Shown here piece after piece: positions 25,698-37,553 of a stretch of 64,000 nucleotides of DNA. Within the stretch, counting starts at the first letter, position 1. Every line of letters starts with the position of its first letter. The stretch covers positions 5,394,001 through 5,458,000 of the forward strand of contig OX597816.1 of NCBI GenBank assembly GCA_951406725.2. The letters are read 5' to 3'. Position numbers and translations under genes: made by a program. Source of the stretch: Octopus vulgaris. Its lineage: Eukaryota. Below the pieces are notes generated by a model. The model was given only the letters and a program-made list of their open reading frames with translations. It had not been told where the DNA came from and did not search any database.

Positions 25698-26460
25698 ATG
25701 TCATCACGTTATTATCGACCGATGAGACATGACGTTGTAGCTAGGACACTCTATAATGAAATCCGTCGGAAGGATAATCCCGAGGACAAAGAAATAAGAA
25801 CCCACAATGTGGTAGAAGCCATAGCCACTCATAACAAAAAGGAATACTGGTGTAATGTTCCAGTGAAGACCTTAATAAAATGTAAGCACAACAGACCTGA
25901 TATAATGATTTGGGATAAAGAGAAACGGTGCACAGGTGTGGAAATTAGCTGCCAAGCGGATGTTTACATAAAGCTGAAGATTAGTGAAAAAGAGCACCTA
26001 TGATGAACTATTGAGGATTCTGCTGTTAATCTATACAGATTACAAGTTCAGGTTTATACCTGTAATTACTGGATCCTTGACATATGTAACACACTACCTA
26101 AATATCAATCTTGAGAAATTAGGCTTCTCAAAACCAGAAAGAAGAAAGCTAATTGGAAGACTACAGATCCAATCCATCACTGGAACTGTAAAAATCTTTA
26201 AAACTTTCCAGAAGTTTATCATTTAATATATATGAGCAGGGCTAGATATGTAACTATATGCATGAGAATGCATACATAAAACATAAAACTCTGCCCATAC
26301 ATACATACATACATACATACATACATACATACATACATACATACATACAAAAGTATCCTGTTGTTGATACTGAAATTCCAATGAAGGAGCTTTGGATCTA
26401 GGTTCGAAACCGGCTCTTTCTCCATTGGCAAGAAATCGTGAAATAAATTGAATAATGACA
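25698..26460 (+). mobile_element. RLE-type (R2/R4 group) LINE 3' fragment, frameshifted, with (CATA)n tracts
   Basis: YYRPMRHDVVA..KHNRPDIMIWDKEKRCTGVEISCQAD..FIPVITGSL: RHD and RPD..E motifs of the RLE domain. Confidence 0.85.
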
Positions 26461-26969
26461 TACACACATACATATCCTACATACATACATAAATACATTT
26501 ATACATACATACAAACATACAAACATACCGACTTGCTTATTCACATAATACATACACGCATACATAGAGACAGACACACACGAATTCTTGTCTGAAGATC
26601 GCGTGGGTGTGCATCTCAAATCACGGGATGAATATGCAACCTCAAAACCTCATATACACTACAACATGCATCGATCATTCTCCTCTCGTTTCTTCAGCAT
26701 AATTCGATAGTCGTGTATGATACCTATTGATTATTTAGTCAACGGACTTACGTTTCTTTTTTATCTGATGTTTCAATCTATGAATTCCATTGATTGACAA
26801 ATTATTATCTGTTCAAATAATTTGCGAAAGAATATTTTATATTCCACCTGGTGCTATTTTCATCTCATCATCCTTCGGTGGAACCAGATAACGAAGGGGT
26901 TTCTTTATTGTCGCTGGAATTTACTCGAAACAGCAAGCAGATGTACCCCAAATATTATTCAACCAATAT

Positions 26970-27552
26970 TCTTTACTGCTTTAGGCACAAGGCCTGAAAT
27001 TTTGGGGTAGGGGGCCAATCGGTTTTGAGCCATCCCAGCACGTAACTGGTATTTAATTTATCAAGCCCAAAAGGATGAAAGGCAAAGTCGACCTCGGCGG
27101 AATTTGAACTCAGAACGTAACGGCAGACGAAATACGGCTACGCATTTCTAGCCACAAGCGGCTAAACATAGAGAGGACAAACAAGGACAGACAAACGGAT
27201 TAAGTCGATTATATCGACCCCAGTGCCTAACTGGTACTTATTTAATCGACCCCGAAAGGATGAAAGGCAAAGTCGACCTCGGCGGAATTTGAACTCAGAA
27301 TGTAGCAGCAGATGAAATACCTATTTCTTTACTACCCACAAGCGGCTAAACATAGAGAGGACAAACAAGGACAGACAAACGGATTAAGTCGATTATATCG
27401 ACCCCAGTGCCTAACTGGTACTTATTTAATCGACCCCGAAAGGATGAAAGGCAAAGTCGACCTCGGCGGAATTTGAACTCAGAACGTAACGGCAGACGAA
27501 ATACGGCTACGCATTTCGCCCGGCGTACTAACGTTTCTGCCAGCTCGCCGCC
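26970..27552 (-). mobile_element. SINE family B, trimeric body
   Basis: TSD TATTCAACCAATAT at 26956-26969 and 27556-27569. Confidence 0.9.
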
Positions 27553-28222
27553 TTATATTCAACCAATATCAAAATGGCGAAGCACGTTGGTGGTCGTAGA
27601 TATGCCTCTACAAAATACCATATATAAATTAAGGCTAAGCCTTAGGTTTTCAGGCCAAGTCCTTGATTTTAGGCACAGCAATTAACTTGGGTTTATTTCA
27701 GCACAAATATCTGTCACGTAAATATCTATCGTCTTGTGTTTCCTTCCCATTTACTATTTACTGATTCCAGAGCGTAGATTAAGAGCCACCTAAATTAATA
27801 ATCACTTCTTTTTAAACATTATCAATGTTTTAAATTTACGCAGTATTTTTTTTGAAATTCTCCAATCGTATAAAGCATAGTTTTCCTACTTTTTTCTAAC
27901 ATAGACTTTGTATTGAATATAGTATTTTTTTCTCGGCTTACATTATTCTGTTATGTTTTCATTGGATGACATTTTAATTTAATAAATTTCGAGTTAAATT
28001 TAGAAGCTTAGAACTCTGTAGAATCACGTTTCACCTTTAATAAATAACAAGAAATATAAACTGGAACGTAAGAATATAGCACAAACAGGTAACTTTAACG
28101 AGAAAAAGTCAAGCAAATGTTAAAGTGTAAACAGGTGCCTTTTTTTATTTATTTGATTATTTAGATATAGCTGTCTGGTTAGCGCATTAATTGGATGCAA
28201 GCATGGTTGTGTATAAATAGAA

Positions 28223-28455
28223 GGCGGCGAGCTGGCGGAAACGTTAGCACGCCGGGCGGAATGTGTAGCCGTATTTCGTCTGCCGTTACGTTCTGAGTTC
28301 AAATTCCGCCGAGGTCGACTTTGCCTTTCATCCTTTCGGAGTCGATTAAATAGGTACCAGTTACGCACTGGGGTCGATATAATCGACTTAATCCGTTTGT
28401 CTGTCCTTGTTTGTCTCCATTGTCTTTAGCCCCTTGTGGGTAGTAAAGAAATAGG
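28223..28455 (+). mobile_element. SINE family B, monomer
   Basis: TSD GGTTGTGTATAAAT at 28205-28218 and 28454-28467. Confidence 0.9.
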
Positions 28456-28694
28456 TTGTGTATAAATGGTTTGCTACCTAACTGCGCAGTCTAGGTTTCA
28501 ATGCCATTCTGCGGTACCGTGGACAAATATATATCAGACCTGGACTCGTTAAAATCCTCAACAGAGAAATTTGGTAGACAGAAATTGATTGGAAACCCGT
28601 CAAGGGACCGTTATTTTATTATCGTAAACTTTATGCGCCTTCATCGCCAACTTTAACGAAGCGAAATCTATTGCAAGAATTCGATATAGGTTTC

Positions 28695-29110
28695 TTATTT
28701 CTTTATTTCCCACAAGGGGATAAACATAGAGGGGACAAACAAGGACAGACAAACGGATTAAGTTGATTACATCGACCTCAGTACGCAACTGGTACTTATT
28801 TCATCGACCCCGAAAGGATCAAAGGCAAAGTCGACCTCGGCGGAATTTGAACTCAGAACGTAACGGCAGACGAAATACCTATTTCTTTACTACCCATAAG
28901 GGGCTAAACACAGAGGGGACAAACAAGGACAGACAAACCTATTAAGTCGATTATATCGACCCCAGTGCGTAACTGGTACTTATTTCATCGATCCTGAAAG
29001 GATGAAAGGCAAAGTTGACCTCGGCGGAATTTGAACTCAGAACGTAGCGGCAGACGAAATACGGCTATGCATTTCGCCCGGCGTGCTAACGGTTCTGCCA
29101 GCTCGCCGCC
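28695..29110 (-). mobile_element. SINE family B, dimer
   Basis: Likely TSD ATATAGGTTT. Confidence 0.9.
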
Positions 29111-30529
29111 TTTCTATATAGGTTTGAGAAAAACCTCCTTCTTTTTCTGACCAATCAAAACAAAAAATTTTCCCAAGGATCAGACAACCTTTAAATACTT
29201 CTGCATACAATAAATGGAGAAGTAGAAGAAGTGTAAATGGCTTATTTCAGTTTACTCAAATTTCGAAACTATCACCAATTTACAGTTTGTTACTTATTCT
29301 TCAAACTGAAACCATGATTCTAATAAACGACTGAAATATTAAACATCTGTGTCGGTCATTTATATATGCTTTTTCAATAAATAAATGATTCCATTAAAAA
29401 GTTGATTCTCATAAGCAATAAACACATTAACCGGCATCAAGAGTACATCAGTTTTAACAATCCGACCGTCGTCCGCAACATTCGAATTTGCCAATATGAA
29501 AATATTGCCCGTCCGTTCTCCCCTTTGACCAAAGATTAATCTAGACACGGATGGAATACAGTTGTTTTATTAACCGGTCGTAATATTCCCGTCTATCACA
29601 GATATTTATATCTTTCTATCAAATTTTCACATGAGATAACTAATAAGAATTTATCGTTTGTTTCGCAGATATTATTTAATTTTCCTTCTCCTCCAATATC
29701 TGTAGCTTTGCTTTGATCAATTAATTCTCCTTCGGGGATCGTGGTCGAAAACTGTCGGTTTTTCTACTCATTTCTCTTTGGAATATTTTACTCGCCCGAT
29801 TTACACAGCAATGGCGACTCTAAAATTTAATTGACATATAAAATGCTATTTTGGGTGACGGATTTTTCGGTCATTTATTGAGGGTTGAAGGTTATGCTCT
29901 ATGACATTTCAGTGACTCATCAACTATGGACCCAGGCTGCTAAATAATACACATCTAATAACATATGGTATTTCCCTCCTCTCCATCGGAGGTTATTGAT
30001 ATTTCGGTTTTAAAGAAATTACCAAGAAAGGTATAGGGAGTTCTCTGAGAACCATGCCAGTTCAAAGGCCAAGATATGCTAATAGAAAAATTGATTTCTT
30101 CATAAAGTTTTTTGTTTCTATTCAGCAAAAATCTTCGTCGGTGATTTAAAATACAAATTTTTTCAAGATATGCTTTGTGAAGATGAGCTAGAAGATAATT
30201 ATTAACGTCCCTCCTCCAAGACATCGACTTAAAAGGAGATAATTGCTTTCTATTTGAGGAAGAGTGTTATTCCGTGAAATAATTTTCTGGAATGTGAAAA
30301 TAGAGGTTAACGTCATGGTCGACCAGGAGAAACAATGGTTACGTGCCAGCCTTTGCAATGTTCCGTCGAGCTTCATATCATGCTTTGTGTTTTCATCACA
30401 CCAACGCAACAACCAAAGCTCTTTAGAAGCAAACAATAGAAATAACTAAAGTGAATGAAATAGTGAACAAGAATGATTACATAAAAACCGAGGAGAGATC
30501 AAGCACATCATGGACAGGCAAGGAGGAAC

Positions 30530-30660
<131 letters not shown>

Positions 30661-30668
30661 CATATGCA

Positions 30669-30709
<41 letters not shown>

Positions 30710-30717
<8 letters not shown>

Positions 30718-31106
30718 AAAAGTGAGGTTGTGTGCTGTCTGTCTCCTACGATTTAGATTCCTAACTACTCCCACATTTTGCGATGCAGTTTAGTTTAACC
30801 AAAACCGGGTATCTTATAGTCGTGATTCATATCGAGCCCTTCTGGGTATTAGCGCGCGTCTACGATGAGTCTACGATTAAAATAAAAATTTACCATCAAT
30901 TTTTCCCATTTTTAATGCATTTTTGGCATATATAAGGGAAGTAAATCTCTAAAAATTTATTATTAAATCTCAGAACGTAAAAAGCTACAGTAACCCCCCA
31001 CCCCTTTGTGGTTAGCCATATTGAGATGGCTATTATACTTTACATCTCTAAAAATGCTTATATAGTTATTTCCCTTAGAAACCCGAGCAACGCCGGGCGA
31101 TACTGC

Positions 31107-31108
<2 letters not shown>
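30710..31108 (+). mobile_element. Non-autonomous Helitron within (TA)n
   Basis: 3' hairpin CCCGAGCAACGCCGGG then ..CTGCTA; same family as 58300-59979. Confidence 0.8.
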
Positions 31109-31143
<35 letters not shown>

Positions 31144-31339
31144 TTCTGTGAGAGTTAGAGGTTGGGAAACCAAAGGTGTATGTTTTCTTCATACTTTCTA
31201 ATGCTGTGGAATAAATAGACACAGTGGAATTGTCTACCGGATGGTGTATGTCGTTTTGTATCCTCTCCATTTTCTTATTTGCGTATGTATATGTATATGT
31301 ATATTTGCGTATATATATATATATGTATGTATGTATGTA

Positions 31340-31550
31340 TATTTCAATATGTGACCGCGTGTGTATCGTTGGCGATTTTATTTCTCCGTCTTCCCTTCTT
31401 TGGACTTTTTCTATCTTTCTGACGAAGAGCTCCGCTTGAAACGTTAAATCCTCCTTCTTTCTTTCCTTTCCTGGGCGGCCAATAACACTATACTTGTTCC
31501 AGATTCTCGCGTTGTTGTGTTTTCTCTTTGTTCATGTTTGTATTAACTCT
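31340..31550 (+). mobile_element. Penelope-like terminal remnant with minimal hammerhead motif
   Basis: CTGACGAa-GAGC-tcc-GCTT-GAAACGTTA at 31419-31446; homologous to 44785-44995. Confidence 0.65.
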
Positions 31551-31573
31551 CTCTCTCTCTATATATATATATA

Positions 31574-31750
31574 CTCTTTGTTTCAGTCATTTGACTGTAG
31601 CCATGCAGGAGCACCGCTTTTAGTCGAAGAAATCAACCCTAGGACTTATTCTATCAGTTCCTTTTGCCAAACCGCTAGGTATCGGAGACGTAAACACAGC
31701 AACATCAGTTGTCAAGCGTTAGCGGGGGAACAGACACAGAGGCACACACG
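31574..31750 (-). mobile_element. SINE family A, 3' half
   Basis: Matches the A tail module. Confidence 0.7.
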
Positions 31751-31764
31751 CAAATATATATGTC

Positions 31765-31822
<58 letters not shown>

Positions 31823-32056
31823 CAGACAGAGAGAGAGAGAGGCTATTATGTGGATAAACAAATTGGAAATATTAAATATAATAGACTGGGTATGAGATAC
31901 GAAATATATATATATATATATGTACAAATGCAAACCGAGAGAAAGCAAAGTTGAGACTTCCAGAAGTTGAAAGCTTATCTTCCCATGCTGTGAGTTCAGT
32001 TCTCCCTGTTGTCACTGAGTTTTGTATTAACTTCAGGATATTGTAGGAGACCCTAA

Positions 32057-32278
32057 CCCTTTCATTACCAACCCGGCTGAAACCACCTCTCGCTCTGTAG
32101 TACAAATGTCTTGTTTTCATGAGTTTTTAATTAAAATCTTCCTCCAAACCTTAGTCCCAATTCATGTTCCTAACACTAGATTAATGATAACTAAATTATT
32201 TTACAAAATTCTTTGTTATATTTCAAATTAATTGAAAGAAACACAGGGCATCTCAATAGAAATATGGTAATGAAAGGG
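32057..32278. mobile_element. piggyBac-type MITE
   Basis: CTAA-CCCTTTCATTACCA ... TGGTAATGAAAGGG-TTAA. Confidence 0.85.
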
Positions 32279-32302
32279 TTAAAGTCACCATGATATTTTT
32301 AA

Positions 32303-32523
32303 CCTTTTCGTTACTAATCCGGCTGAAACCACCTCTGGCTTTGTAGTACAAATGTCTTGTTTTCATAAGTTTTGAATTAAAATTTTCCACCAAACCTTAG
32401 TCACAATTTATGTTCCTAACACTAGATTAATGATAACTAAGTTATTTTACTAAATTCTTTGTTATATTTAAAGTAATTGAAAGAAACACAGAGCATCTCA
32501 AAATAAATACACTAACGAAAGGG
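32303..32523. mobile_element. piggyBac-type MITE, second copy
   Basis: TTAA-CCTTTTCGTTA ... TAACGAAAGGG-TTAA. Confidence 0.85.
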
Positions 32524-32527
32524 TTAA

Positions 32528-33890
32528 GCAGTTTATGGCATTCGATAATCGACGAGTGTGGAACCATGCCATATGCTTTCCTGTAGTCCATCCATACTAT
32601 TGCCAAATTTTTGTGTCTCTTCTTGTAATCAGCCAGGGTAGTCTTATCGATTAGTAATTGATCCTTCATTCCTCTGTTCTTACGTCTACACACTTTTTGC
32701 TCCATTGGTAGTAGGTCGTTCTCATCTAGGTACTTATAGATGCTGTTTGATATGATGCCCGTCATCAGTTTCCACACCAGTAGCAAACAAGGTTTTGATC
32801 GGAATTTTCCAGCCGCATACCCTTTACTTGGGTCCTTTCTGGCAAAGTACCGTTGTTGCTTTTGTCATCCAGGCCATACTTGGACGTCACTACTCAGTAT
32901 TTCGTACATCTGTCTTGCAATTCTCCTCTGCAGAGCTGTCAAGTTTTTAACCCAAAAGCCGTGAGCCCCATCTGGGCGAGGAGCTTTCCAGTTAGGAATT
33001 TTCCTGCACCGATCTCTAAACATCTCCTTGGTTATTCTCAAATCCTCCTGCTGATACTCTCCTCTCTCCTCTTTGAGTGTCTTTAACCACTCTGCTTCAG
33101 TTTCGTGTCGTTTCTCCTGAGACTATATGTTTGACTCGAAACTTTTGCTTTCTTCAGCATCCGGAACGGCTTTTTCACCCTTTTCTTTCCCAGTTCCTGA
33201 CAGAGTCTTTTCTGATTTTGTTCTAAAAGTCTGTTTAATCTGTACTGCTCAATTCTCTGTTCATATCTCTTTAGTTTATGTGCTTTAGCTTTCAAATTCT
33301 GTTTTAATTCTTCAATCACATCATTGATTCCCTTTCTCTTCACCCTATACTTCCTCTCTAGCTCAACACATTCTGACTTCATTTCTCTTTTTCCGTTCCA
33401 GAATGTTAATATTTTTTCTGATCTCGTTAATAGACTGCGTTATTCTTCTTTTCCACCACGGTTCCTTCAGGTTATGTTGACATTTACCTTTGGCTTTCAA
33501 ACCTAACTTCCGGGTTATAAAGATCGAGATAGCATTTATCAGATTGTTGGTATCTGTGTTGTTGTCAGTCCTGATATCACCAAGGATATCATTTATCTTT
33601 CTGATCCGTTCAGTGAGTTTCTTTCTGTCTACTTTTTTAAACCTCAGATGGAGGCTCTGTTCACCCGAGGTCCAAATATCAATGATTTCTTTTAAAATGG
33701 ACGTCTGTTCCTCGGTTCTCTCATCACTTTCCTGATCAATAATCTCAGCCCCATGCTCCGTTTTCTTCCTTTAACTCTATTGCTATAGTTTCACTATTTG
33801 AATTCTCTTTCTCATCCTTCCGTTCACTGCTGGTCATACTATCTCTGAGCACCCGTCTTTTAATACTTTCAAGTTCAACTGGACATAATT
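32528..33890 (-). mobile_element. R4/Dong-like LINE internal fragment including start of reverse transcriptase, decayed
   Basis: WKLMTGII..LLPMEQKVCRR..RGMKDQLLIDK..WMDYRKAYGMVPHSSIIEC; upstream IEELKQNLKAKAHKLKRYEQRIEQYRLNRL; the far boundary is approximate. Confidence 0.85.
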
Positions 33891-35699
33891 ATTTCTAAGA
33901 GCTTCCTCTCAAATATTTTCCGGGGCACAATTTAAGAAATATGTTCTTCTTTTTATATGCAATGATATACATTACTGGTATATAGTGACACATGCGATTA
34001 AATAGCGAGTGAGACCTTCATTTGAAAGTATGGTTATTACGACGATTGGAATGGTAATTCTTTCTATTTTTTTGATTTTCATTCTTCAAAAGGAGCGAGT
34101 GCTTTCGAGATTAGAAATAATCACGAAGTAAACTGGATATGTAAAATTATTTCCATAATTTTTATTTGTGCCACTAATATTCTTAGAAAAAGAGTGTAAA
34201 CGCCACAATTTTTCAAGTCACGTGTCTGGTCATTTCTAAATGGATATCTCTAATAACGAGACATCTAGAAACTGGTTATATTACATGCAGTAGTAAAAAG
34301 AGAGTCAAAACTATTGAAAAGGTTGCAAGACGCAACGAAAATTTTTGGAGAATAAAAATATGAAATAAGTGGAAATTTTACCGGTGAGTGTGTTACAATA
34401 TAAGGCACAAAAAGAAAATGACTCTCCCCGACACAACAGAATAAGCATCAACACACGAACTCATATAAAGAATCTTGCAAACCAAATCCAAAAACAAAGT
34501 AAACTGAGAATTAATTATTACATGATGTAACTGTGTTCTTCATTAATTTATTCGGTGTAGAATTGGATCTGAAGATAGAGAACCTTGGTAAATTATTCAC
34601 GGTATATAAGTTTAATTGCTCACAACATCAGATCGATCCCAATGGGATCGACTTCAACCCATCTCACACTGTTCCACTCCTATTTCTCGTACTTTTTTTC
34701 TTCCTGACCAAATGTCCCTTGCGCAAATTTACAAGCAATCGATCATGTATTTCTGCGAGTGTTCAATGATTGGAATTAAAATTCTTGATACACGCTGACG
34801 CTTGAACTTGCTTTCGTCATCATACTGCGGTGTTATTATGGCGTAAAGATATTCACCGATGTTGCTGCAATTTAGAATAACTCAACAACACAAATACATT
34901 GTTTTGCTTTAATCGATAGCCTTTTATTATTTTCATCTGATTGTAATGTTTAATCTGATATCTCTTTGAGTACATAAAACTTTATAAATTAAATAAATTC
35001 CGACAGAAAGAAAATTACATATATTTTAATTAGCTTTGATACGCTGTCATTCTAAACTATTAACAAAAATAATACAAACATTACAAAACGAAAATTTATC
35101 GTAAACTAATACCATATCATATATTATTGACACTCTGTCTCCAGACTGGGCTATACCATTCAAAGTTTTCAGCTTTCAGTGTTTTAATTAGTTGGCGTTA
35201 TGAAAAGATAGATGTGTCTTTTGAAGAACATCCATTAAACGCCTGGTAGTTCGGTCGCTCCTATCATAGAATTACACAACATTAGCTCTAAATATATCAA
35301 ACTCTTATAGATGTTATATTTTGTTGTAACTTGTAGAAAAATTGGTTACAATATCTAAAAAACTTAACTCTGTCTCCTCCCCTTAAATAAACCACTGAGT
35401 GTCTTGTTACAAAATTACAAGAAATTTACAAGAAAAATTTAGAAGAAATGTTGACAAAAAAACAGAAAATTGAAACACTTCGTTTGCTCTTCTGTATCGC
35501 ATTGCTTATCAAAGAATTTCAAGCTACACGTCACAATCCTATTAATTGCAAATGCGCATAGAAGAGATGCACACGAGACTCAGTTCTCTTGGAGATTACC
35601 ATGAAGATAAGGTTTTTCGAAATATATACATATACTTAAATACTCAATACATAAAAGTGTTTATATATTATTAATCAGAAATTTATTTTCAAAGTGGGA

Positions 35700-35844
35700 A
35701 GCGTAGGAGTGGCTGTGTGGTAAGTAGCTTGCTCACCAACCACATGGTTCCGGGTTCAGTCCCACTGCGTGGCACCTTGGGCAAGTGTCTTCTACTAAAG
35801 CCTTGTGAGTGGATTTGGTAGACGGAAACTGAAAGAAACCCGTC

Positions 35845-35890
<46 letters not shown>

Positions 35891-36085
35891 GTGTGTCTAT
35901 GTTTGTCCCCCCAACATCGGTTGTGGTGTGTTTACGTGCCCGTAACTTAGCAGTTCGGCAAAAGAGACCGATAGAATAAGTACTAGACTTACAAAGAATA
36001 AGTCCTGGGGTCAAGTTGCTCGACTAAAGGCGGTGCTCCAGCATGGCCATTTAGTCAAATGACTAAAACTAGTAAAAGAGTAAAG
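35700..36085 (+). mobile_element. SINE family A
   Basis: Near full-length with small deletions. Confidence 0.9.
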
Positions 36086-36421
36086 TGTTAAAAATATTAT
36101 TTTTTTAAAAACCATCATTGTTATATCATGATAATTCTTTGCTGATCGTAATAAAATTATAGATGACAAGCTGGTATGAAATTCAGTATTGTAGACAGGC
36201 GTTTAAAAGAAATTAACTAAAACTAATTAAGAGAAGAATTGAATTAATGAAAACTTTATGAAATTTTTAGATATCAGGTTACATGTATATATAGGACAAT
36301 TGTTACGTAGGCAGAGACTAGAAAGTAGATTTATGAGCTCATTTTTCCCAAATGAGACAATGATATAACACCGATAATCAGAAAATGAGTCGGATAAAGA
36401 GTGTACAGCATGAAATAAGTT

Positions 36422-36480
36422 GGGGCATATGGCGTAGAGGTTAAGAGCTCGGGCTACTAACCCCAAGATTCCGAGTGCGA

Positions 36481-36525
<45 letters not shown>

Positions 36526-36608
36526 CAACAACAACGAAAAATACCTTAGGAATGAGAACCCAGGTTCGAAATTTCCCCAAGACACCTGATGAAGGCTGGA
36601 GGGTATTC
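36422..36608 (+). mobile_element. tRNA-headed SINE-like element with internal (AAT)n/(AAC)n, 3'-truncated
   Basis: A-box-like TGGCGTAGAGG head; CTGATGA at 36586. Confidence 0.55.
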
Positions 36609-36664
36609 ATGAGACAAGGCTCAACATGAATGTTTGAAATTGAGAATGAAGGCTACGGCAGGAA

Positions 36665-36945
36665 GGACTGACCTTCAGTCAGTTACGACGATGCGTTTTC
36701 CAGTTTGTGAAATTAATAGACACGCGTATCCTTCACGTAGTTTTCAGGGAGATTTAGCGTGACACAGAATGTGACAAGGCTGGCCCTTTCAAATACAGGT
36801 ACAACTTATTTTTGCCAGCTGAGTGGACTGAGGCAACGGGAAATAAAGTATCTTGCTTAAAGACACAACATGCCGCCGGGAATTGAACTCACGACCTTAC
36901 GATCACCTGCTGCACATCCCTAACCAATAAGCCGCGCCCTTCCAC
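36665..36945 (-). mobile_element. CORE-like SINE (C-type head, E-type tail)
   Basis: B-box GAGTTCAATTCCC; tail shared with 43250-43437 and 52415-52603. Confidence 0.75.
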
Positions 36946-37005
36946 AGGGTACGGCAACTATACAGTAAAAGTATATTTTTCAGAATCAAAATACTTTGTT
37001 GACAA

Positions 37006-37548
37006 GGCAGCGAGGTGGCAGAAACGTTAGCACACAGGGCGAAATGCTTAGCGGTATTTCGTTGTGAGTTCAAATTCCGCCGAGGTCAACTTTGCCTTTC
37101 ATCCTTTCGGGGTCGATAAATCAAGTACCAGTTACGCATTGGGGTCGATATAATCGACTTAATCCATTTGTTGTCCTTGTTTGTCCTCTCTGTGTTTAGC
37201 CCCTTGTAGGTAGTAAAGAAATAGGTATTTTGTCTGAGTTCAAATTCCGCCGAGGTCGACTTTGCATTTTATCCTTTCGGGGTCGATTAAATAAGTACCA
37301 GTTACGCACTGGGGTCAATATAATCGACTTAATCCGTTTGTCTATCCTTGTTTGTTCTCTCTGTGATTAGCCCCTTGTGGGTAGTAAATAAATAGGTATT
37401 TTATCTGTATTTACATTCTGAGTTCAAATTCCGCCGAGGTTGACTTTGCCTTTCGGGGTCGATAAATCAAGTACCAGTTGCGTACTGGGGTCGATCTATT
37501 TGACTGGCTCCCTCCCCAAAAGTTTGGGCCTTGTGCCTACAGTAGAAA
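37006..37548 (+). mobile_element. SINE family B, trimeric body
   Basis: Head, two units and terminal unit. Confidence 0.85.
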
Positions 37549-37553
37549 AAATA

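Noticed and set aside
26970-27552. Regular repeats as a CRISPR-like array
   Set aside because: Units are contiguous SINE bodies without unique spacers; eukaryotic context with no cas genes
34633-34651. Palindrome TCGATCCCA-A-TGGGATCGA
   Set aside because: Isolated 9-bp arms; plausible by chance in 64 kb
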